From positions 120,001 to 152,000 of the forward strand of contig CAVRAI010000013.1 of assembly GCA_963718915.1 (NCBI GenBank): a stretch of DNA of 32,000 bases, read 5' to 3'. The stretch is from an uncultured Chloroflexia bacterium. GTDB taxonomy: Bacteria; Chloroflexota; Ktedonobacteria; Ktedonobacterales; JADMIN01. Both the position numbers and the translations under genes were made by a program. Below, piece after piece: positions 1 to 6,231 of this stretch (positions are counted from its first letter, which is position 1; each line of letters starts with the position of its first letter). A model generated the notes under the pieces. It saw nothing but the letters and a program-made list of their open reading frames with translations, had not been told where the DNA came from and ran no database searches.

Positions 1-128
1 AACGCATGGCCTGGCATGGTTTGATGTGGCATGACATGACTTAAGTGGGATTATTCACTGTGGCGTTGCTTAAGCAGCTAGCTTGCTCAAATGGTTTGCA
101 TTCTAATGACCTGTTACGGCCTGTCGGT

Positions 129-156
129 TTGACAATGTGACGCAAAGGCGTACAAT
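129..156 (+). promoter_or_regulatory. sigma70-type promoter candidate for the receiver gene
   Basis: TTGACA (129-134), 16-nt spacer, TACAAT (151-156). It lies 75 nt upstream of ATG 231. A GAGGGGG SD sits at 219-225. Confidence 0.5.
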
Positions 157-230
157 GCGCCAGATGAGACCATTGTTGAACCCGGGTAGAGGAGCAAGGA
201 CGCGACATCACTAGTATAGAGGGGGTAGGG

Positions 231-596
231 ATGGCGGCGCCAATTCTGGCGGTCGATGACAGTGCTCCGATTCGCGAGATGATCGTGTCGGTGCTCACGC
301 CACGTGGCTATCATGTTTTGACCGCACGTGATGGGCTCGAAGCGCTCGAGAAATTACGTCTGCTGGAGGAGCCACACATCATTCTGCTCGATGTCGTGAT
401 GCCAGGCCTCGATGGGCCGACTGTTGTCCGTGAAATAGAGGGAGACGAAGCTCTGCGGAGCGCTGGGCATCGGGTGATCCTGATGTCATCGCAATTGCGA
501 CTCGCGGCGCGCGATATTCCCGCGAGTGTTGGACTACTGCCCAAGCCGTTTACCCGCCAGCAACTCGTCGAGATTATTGCACAGTTTGGCGGCTAA
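231..596 (+). CDS. stand-alone CheY-like response regulator receiver domain protein
   Basis: 121 aa. The receiver residues are all present: N-terminal acidic pair (AVDDS), phospho-acceptor context LLDVVMPGLDG, ILMSS, and LPKPF (conserved Lys). There is no output domain. A good SD precedes the start. Confidence 0.9.
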   Translation: MAAPILAVDDSAPIREMIVSVLTPRGYHVLTARDGLEALEKLRLLEEPHIILLDVVMPGLDGPTVVREIEGDEALRSAGHRVILMSSQLRLAARDIPASVGLLPKPFTRQQLVEIIAQFGG

Positions 597-1090
597 TTGT
601 CATCGCTTTCCTCGTCCGACTCCGATGATTCTGTGTCCGTATCGTCATTTTCGTGCCCGTCGTCAGATGGCGATGTTGCAAGGGTAGCCTGTGCCTGCCT
701 GGCGCTATCACGCATATGCGCCGCATGCAAGACACCAATAACAATGATCTGCTGCGGCTCCGCCAATGCGAGAAATTCAGGGGTTGACTGCAACTCGGTC
801 AGCACGTGAGTCCAGGATTCTTCGGTATCGAAAAGCGGATCGTCTGTCGATGCGTAACCAGCGGCGATAAATAGTTCGCTGACAGTATGCCCCATCCCTC
901 GCGCGATCCGCACCAACACTTGCGCTGAAGGCGTTGCATCGCTATTCAACCAGATGGAAATTTGTTGCTTGCGTACACCCATCCGTTGGGCAAACTGATT
1001 GGGCAAGAGTGGTGGACGTTGGTCCCACATATACTCGACGAGAAGTCTTGCAAACGGACTATAGTCGTCAAGATGTCTCCATTTTGCCAT
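593..1090 (-). CDS. XRE-family helix-turn-helix transcriptional regulator with poly-acidic C-terminal tail
   Basis: N-terminal HTH_3-like segment (FAQRMGVRKQQISIWLNSDATPSAQVLVRIARGMGHTVSELF). The C-terminus is DDGHENDDTDTESSESDEESDDN. ATG at 1088-1090. Confidence 0.8.
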   Translation of the reverse strand: MAKWRHLDDYSPFARLLVEYMWDQRPPLLPNQFAQRMGVRKQQISIWLNSDATPSAQVLVRIARGMGHTVSELFIAAGYASTDDPLFDTEESWTHVLTELQSTPEFLALAEPQQIIVIGVLHAAHMRDSARQAQATLATSPSDDGHENDDTDTESSESDEESDDN

Positions 1091-1775
1091 TACACACCCA
1101 TTCTCATACTAAAGGACAAGCAGCAGCACTCGACTATTATAGCAAGGAAGTGTCGGATACTGCAATATTTCGCCGACATTTTTCCAATTTGCAATATTTC
1201 AATTCTATCACATACAATTTATAAGTGATGGCTGTATTTAAATTTTTACGACCAATAACTATAATCAGTGACACATTTACCAATATACAGACCATTCATA
1301 TGTTATAGAAACTATATGCTGGAGATTGTTACTAGTGACGTTCAATAGGACATATGAAGAGCGGTGACAAGATTGTCTGCGGGTGAGGATCATGCACATA
1401 GTACAACTAACAGGCATTAGTTGAAGTTAAGTCCACCATGCTTTCACAGCATATTTGCAAGTGCCTTGACACTTACAGTGGTCTCTATCTTAAGACTATT
1501 TTTGCATTTATACGTATGTGTCTCTTAAATATGAGAAATATAGCTCATTATTTACTATTCATCTGTCTTGCATACTGATTCCAAATAACCAAACAAGTCG
1601 GCATTTGATAAGACCATATTTTAATATTGAAATAGCAATGTTAAATATTCGCAATTTGTTTATATGCAGACAAAAGTCAATAAATTATGAACATTAACTT
1701 TGATTTGGAGAAACATACATATATATACGGAAAGCCAAATACCTGTAATTATGTACTGGAATTTGACTTGTAATT
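1091..1775. other. AT-rich non-coding island (no supportable ORF)
   Basis: A hand count of line 1201-1260 gives 15 G+C in 60 nt, against 36 in 60 for line 2041-2100. There is no ORF of 60 aa or more with an SD. It lies between the GH5 stop and the XRE start. Confidence 0.6.
1136..1165 (-). promoter_or_regulatory. promoter candidate for the XRE regulator
   Basis: On the minus strand: TTGCAG (1160-1165), 18-nt spacer, perfect TATAAT (1136-1141). It lies about 45 nt upstream of ATG 1090. The -35 overlaps an 11-bp repeat, TGCAATATTTC (1161-1171, repeated at 1190-1200). Confidence 0.5.
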
Positions 1776-2001
1776 GGGATGCGCTGCTGCCTCTCGTCAT
1801 TGGGCGCAAAATGGAGGTGTAGTGAAAAGAGATCGTGCCAATCGTTCGAGGGCCAGAGCGACTGGCGTTGAACGCACCAGTGACCATGGTCGAGCTGCCG
1901 TGTGGCTGCGATAGCTCAAACCATGGTCTGTTATGCTATGGTTTGCCAACAATCCCTCCGGGTACGTACCCATCTTTTGGATTGCTGTCGAGGTTTACCA
2001 G

Positions 2002-3933
2002 CTATGGCACAGACGTGCCCGTGCTGGCTGGCGTAAAGCTGGCTCCAGCGACTTCGCCTCGCGCAAAGTGGCTGTTGCTATAGCCAACACTACTGCTCGC
2101 GCCGCCAGCTACGCTGTAGGACTGGATACCTTGAATGGCATCGATCCCCGCGAAGACTGTGCCCAGCATGCTCTTATGGTCGATTATCGCCAGCTGGCCT
2201 ATATATCCAGCGTCAGCATATCCACCGACGACCAGATCACCAGGCGTGCTGCTAAACGCGCCGCTGGTATGCGTACCGTTGTGGCTGCTATGAGCCGCAT
2301 GCCCTGCGTGGAAACGTCCCACACCGTTGAATTCAGCCACCGTCACGTAGGTCTGGACAAACCTGCTGGTCGCACCTGGCAATGCTTTGAGATAGGCATC
2401 AACTTCGTCAGATCCGCTGGTGGCGCTGTTGGTATACCAGATCTCGACGCCCGTGTTGTCGCCATTGACGCCCGAGACAGCTCTTTTCCAGGAATTGCCC
2501 AGACTGTCTTCTACACGGTCGACGATGTATGGGTTCCCGCCAGCAACCGAAACCACCGCGACAAGCAAGTGTTCCGCGCCCACCGATTGAGGGAACTTCC
2601 CGTAGCTCTTGCGCACTCCCGCATAATCAGTAAAGTGACTCGCTGACTGTACAGGAGACAGTGTGCCTGACGGTGGTGGGTTCGTAGTGGGCGTTGATGG
2701 TGAACCTGGCGAGGTTGGCGCTGGTGAGACCGGAGTCGATATTGGCGGAACTGCTGTCGGTGGAACCGACGTTGGAGTCGGCGGCACGCCAGTCGTCGAG
2801 GTTGAAGTCGGCGGCGACGCGGGCGATCCACTGGTACTATATGACGCATACTGCGCCTTGACCTGCTGTCCCCAACTTGTCAGCGCGGGCCCGGTGTAGT
2901 TGCCGACGAGTGCCTCGACTGTGCCCCAGGTATCCCATGTCCAGGCAAGCGTTCCATCACCGCCCACGCTGGCCAGCCATGTCCAGAAGGTGTTCGCAAA
3001 GCCGGGATCTGAACAGCTATCGTCGTAGCAGTACGCCCCGAACTCATTATTGAGCAGCGGAACCTGCGCCGCCGTTGGACCAAAGTCACTGTTCCACGCA
3101 CTGGTGGTCTGGTGCGTGTTGCCTTTGTAGACATGAATGGCTGCCGCAAGGTTATTGTCTGGGTCGGTCGGGCGATGTGTCAGCCAGCCAGACGAGCCTC
3201 CCAGCGTGTTCGCCCAATCGATGCCCGAAAGCGAGAGTATCCCGTGGAAGCCAGCGCTGCGCACCGTGGAGACCAGCGCCTGCATCCCAATCGCGTTAAA
3301 GCCACCATCAGATCCACCGTTGAGCCAAATACTCCAGCTACTCGGATGTGGCTCGTTGTACAAGTCGAATATCACGTCGTTGCGCCCGGCAAATGTGGTT
3401 GCCACGCTCTGCCAGAATGCGCCACTGTGGTCGGCGTCTGGCATTTCTTTAGTGCCAGACGCAAGCTGTGATCCCGGCGCGTTCCATTGCAGATCAAGTT
3501 CTGGCGTAATTCCATTACTGGTTAGCAGTTTGACCATAGCCACAAAAGCATTGCGGTAATTGGCCCCACTGTAGGCTGCGGGTACGCCGTTAATGCCGAG
3601 CCAGCAGTCTTCATTCATTGGCAGACGCACGGCATTGACGTGCGCTGACAACAGCCCATTGACAAAGGTTTGGTCGCTTGGGCCATCGAAGATTCCCCAG
3701 CCCTGTATGCAGGCGTATTCACCGCCGCTGTAGTCTACTCCATGAAGAAACACCGGTCTATTCGATCCGTCGAGCAGTGAGGCTCCTGATACCCGGAGAT
3801 TAGGAGCAACATCGGCAGCGCCAGCGCGTGGATAGCGCAAATTGAAACCAACCGCGGCGCCAGCAGCAGCTAGCACCAGGACTAACCCGACGACTCCAAT
3901 GCCAATGGAACGGTGGCGTGTTCGATCACGCAT
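2002..3933 (-). CDS. secreted or anchored glycoside hydrolase family 5 (cellulase/mannanase-like) with Pro/Thr linker and uncharacterised C-terminal domain
   Basis: 643 aa. It has an N-terminal signal/anchor (IGIGVVGLVLVLAAAGAAV). The GH5 acid/base motif is FDLYNEPH and the nucleophile context is LLNNEFGAY. The PT-rich linker is encoded at about 2662-2832 and a 219-aa C-terminal domain at 2005-2661. The SD GGAAGGAAGGA lies upstream. Confidence 0.9.
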   Translation of the reverse strand: MRDRTRHRSIGIGVVGLVLVLAAAGAAVGFNLRYPRAGAADVAPNLRVSGASLLDGSNRPVFLHGVDYSGGEYACIQGWGIFDGPSDQTFVNGLLSAHVNAVRLPMNEDCWLGINGVPAAYSGANYRNAFVAMVKLLTSNGITPELDLQWNAPGSQLASGTKEMPDADHSGAFWQSVATTFAGRNDVIFDLYNEPHPSSWSIWLNGGSDGGFNAIGMQALVSTVRSAGFHGILSLSGIDWANTLGGSSGWLTHRPTDPDNNLAAAIHVYKGNTHQTTSAWNSDFGPTAAQVPLLNNEFGAYCYDDSCSDPGFANTFWTWLASVGGDGTLAWTWDTWGTVEALVGNYTGPALTSWGQQVKAQYASYSTSGSPASPPTSTSTTGVPPTPTSVPPTAVPPISTPVSPAPTSPGSPSTPTTNPPPSGTLSPVQSASHFTDYAGVRKSYGKFPQSVGAEHLLVAVVSVAGGNPYIVDRVEDSLGNSWKRAVSGVNGDNTGVEIWYTNSATSGSDEVDAYLKALPGATSRFVQTYVTVAEFNGVGRFHAGHAAHSSHNGTHTSGAFSSTPGDLVVGGYADAGYIGQLAIIDHKSMLGTVFAGIDAIQGIQSYSVAGGASSSVGYSNSHFARGEVAGASFTPASTGTSVP

Positions 3934-4261
3934 GGGGGATCCTTCCTTCCATGAATCTCAGAGGGTTGCCCACTCGGGCAGAGCGAGACGCAAAGGCAGC
4001 ACCAGATTCGCAGACGCCTCGTTCACCCACCTGTGGCTCTAACGGTGTGGCGACGAACTGCGCTCTTTCCATAAGGGTTCGTCATTGCCATGCCGTCAGG
4101 CGCTATTTTACACAAGAGCTTGGGGCGAAGGAGGAAAAAATGAGGGACATAGCCCATTTGGGTATGCCCCTTCGTTATCGCTTAGCTGTCTGAATGCAGG
4201 AAAATCAGCTTCGCCGTGGACTCGTCCGGCATTGTTTGCCGACTTCGAAACCATCGTCGAA

Positions 4262-5179
4262 CTATGCCTGTCTAAGGTAAATCATTCCATCGCGAACCTG
4301 TACGTCGTAGCGAGGTTGCGCGAATGTCGCCGGGCCGGTAAGTGCCTTTCCGTCACGCATGCGGAACCGCGAACCATGCCACGGGCACTGCACAACATCT
4401 CCTTGCAATTCGCCTTCGTCGAGCGGACCCCCTGCATGTGAGCATGTCGCGGCGATAGCGGCATATTTCGCGCCCAACTTCACCAATACTACCGGGACGC
4501 CCGCAACCTCCACTCGGCGAAGGGTATTATCCGGCATGTCAGCCACAGGCAGAACAGAAACAAAGTCGTGACTTCCTTCCTGCCATGCGACATGATTCAC
4601 TCCGGTACCCTTGCCAAAGACCATATCACCGCCAAGATACGCTGCCACGAGTACACTGGCTATCCCGATAAAGCCCAAAATCGCTGCCGCCACGCTCTCG
4701 CCAGAGGGATCTGCCAGACGAATTAACAACGAAATAATGTACAGAATGAGCGCGAACGAATTCAGCCCGGCATGATACAGCCCAACGGTGCGCTCGGCTC
4801 CATACGAGTCGCTCCAATCAGCCAGACCGGTGACCGCCGCCGCGATGGCCGCGAGAATGCCGATCAGCACGGCTATTTCGGCGCCACGGGCAGCCCAACT
4901 ATTCGCTGTAGGTGAGGCAATCCAGACAATATCAAAGATGACCGCGATCAGCCACGCGCCTATCGGCACATCGGTTATCGCCGGATGGAGAGGATGGCCA
5001 AGCCAGGTACCATGTAAAAGCGACTTGAAGCGACGTGGCGGCTTGCGGTTTGTTCCAATGACCAACTTGACACCGTTCTGCAATGTATCACTAATCCGGT
5101 CCGTCAATGTCGGAGATTCAGATTGCAACTCGGGTTCAGGATTGTCGTGCGTAGTGGCGCTATCCGAAATTTCGTGCAT
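4262..5179 (-). CDS. DUF2231-type membrane domain fused to a C-terminal Rieske [2Fe-2S] domain
   Basis: 305 aa. The segment LHGTWLGHPLHPAITDVPIG plus about 4 TM helices is DUF2231-like. The Rieske motif is CSHAGGPL...CPWHGSRF (CxH...CxxH). Confidence 0.85.
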   Translation of the reverse strand: MHEISDSATTHDNPEPELQSESPTLTDRISDTLQNGVKLVIGTNRKPPRRFKSLLHGTWLGHPLHPAITDVPIGAWLIAVIFDIVWIASPTANSWAARGAEIAVLIGILAAIAAAVTGLADWSDSYGAERTVGLYHAGLNSFALILYIISLLIRLADPSGESVAAAILGFIGIASVLVAAYLGGDMVFGKGTGVNHVAWQEGSHDFVSVLPVADMPDNTLRRVEVAGVPVVLVKLGAKYAAIAATCSHAGGPLDEGELQGDVVQCPWHGSRFRMRDGKALTGPATFAQPRYDVQVRDGMIYLRQA

Positions 5180-5283
5180 CGCTTTTGCCCCTTTCAGGCA
5201 GCCATTCTACCGCCGCTCATATGATCTATCGCGGTCAATGCTCTCTAACGCTGTCACAATTAGACGTATACCTGACTTTGTCG

Positions 5284-5320
5284 TATTTGTCAATATTTAA
5301 TTGTATTTATTTGACAAATA
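5284..5320. promoter_or_regulatory. operator candidate with divergent promoter core
   Basis: Perfect 10-bp inverted repeat: TATTTGTCAA (5284-5293), N17, TTGACAAATA (5311-5320). Each arm contains a TTGACA hexamer facing outward. On the plus side, TTGACA (5311-5316), 17 nt, TATGCT (5334-5339). On the minus side, TTGACA, 17 nt, TATACG (5265-5270). Confidence 0.5.
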
Positions 5321-5452
5321 AATTCCTGCGGATTATGCTTTCTTCGATGACTCGCGACAGTAATCGCGGCCTCTGCTTCCTCCACGTTCACGAGAGATTC
5401 GGCAGCCGGTTGCGCGGTAGCAGTACTTGACGCCATGCGAAAGGAGCATCCT

Positions 5453-6082
5453 ATGTCGTCCGCCTGGTCTCTCCGATTTCTCACGAGCACACGCGGACGC
5501 CTTATTGCCTTGCTGCGCCGCAACACGCGCACGGTAGACGACCTGGCCTCCGAACTGAACTTGACTGACAATGCAGTGCGCGCCCATCTGGCCGCACTCG
5601 AGCGGGATGGTATCGTGCGCCAGTGTGGTGTGCGACGCGATGGCAGCGTTGGCAAGCCTGCCTATGCGTACGAACTGACCGCTGACGCCGAACAATTCTT
5701 CCCGAAACCCTATGCGACGGTGCTCAATGAAATGCTCGACGCCCTGGAGGGACAGTTGCCTTCAGAAGAACTGGACAGGCTTTTACAACGTATCGGCGCA
5801 CGCCTGGCAACAGGGTATCCGCCGGGGCAAGGAGATACGCGAAAGCGGCTCGAAGCGGCCGTCGATGCGCTCAATCAGATAGGCGGGCTGGCGGATCTCG
5901 ACGTGGATGATGGTACTTTTTCACTTCGTGGCTATAGTTGCCCATTAGCCGCGGTTGTTCCAGGCCACCCAGATGCCTGTCACCTTGCCGAAGCGTTTGT
6001 GAGTGGGGTGGCTGGCGTACCTGTCCGTGAGTGCTGCGATCGTGAAGCCGTCCCACACTGCCGCTTTGAGCTCGCCGAATAA
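5453..6082 (+). CDS. ArsR/SufR-like winged-helix regulator with C-terminal cysteine cluster
   Basis: The HTH segment is RTVDDLASELNLTDNAVRAHLAALERDGIV. The C-terminal motif is C-X12-C-X17-CC-X7-C (CPLAAVVPGHPDAC...RECCDREAVPHC). I prefer the start at ATG 5453 because AAGGAG lies 6 nt upstream. The ORF track starts at 5435. Confidence 0.8.
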   Translation: MSSAWSLRFLTSTRGRLIALLRRNTRTVDDLASELNLTDNAVRAHLAALERDGIVRQCGVRRDGSVGKPAYAYELTADAEQFFPKPYATVLNEMLDALEGQLPSEELDRLLQRIGARLATGYPPGQGDTRKRLEAAVDALNQIGGLADLDVDDGTFSLRGYSCPLAAVVPGHPDACHLAEAFVSGVAGVPVRECCDREAVPHCRFELAE

Positions 6083-6231
6083 AGCCGAATAAACCAGAGC
6101 GCACATTCCTATGCCACCATAGCTACAGCCTGGCATTCTTAAATGAACCGGGATAACTCGACGCAGGCATCGCCACGTGCTACGCTGAATGGTAACCGGC
6201 AGCCTGACGCGACCGTGGGAGATTTTAAGGC

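Noticed and set aside
1438-1578. 46-codon ORF (MLSQHICKCLDTYSG…FICLAY) inside the AT-rich island; possible small hydrophobic or toxin-like peptide
   Set aside because: No SD precedes the ATG. Hydrophobic and Cys-rich codons are expected by chance in AT-rich sequence. There is no supporting promoter logic, so I cannot support it as a gene.
1091-1775. AT-rich island as a replication origin
   Set aside because: I found no DnaA-box-like 9-mers (TTATCCACA or its complement). There are no dnaA, dnaN or par genes adjacent.
1917-1945. 8-bp inverted repeat CAAACCAT-N13-ATGGTTTG downstream of GH5 as a terminator
   Set aside because: The stem is AU-rich, the loop is large, and no U-tract follows on the minus strand. 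The evidence is insufficient.
1933-2646. 237-aa plus-strand ORF
   Set aside because: It lies entirely antisense to the well-supported GH5 gene. It has no recognisable motifs and the Arg/Ala-rich composition typical of a shadow ORF in GC-rich DNA.
2662-2832. Repetitive-looking GC-rich DNA (ggcgg/gtcg periodicity) that could be mistaken for a tandem repeat
   Set aside because: It is the coding sequence of the Pro/Thr/Ser linker of the GH5 protein. It is low-complexity coding DNA, not a repeat element or a CRISPR array.
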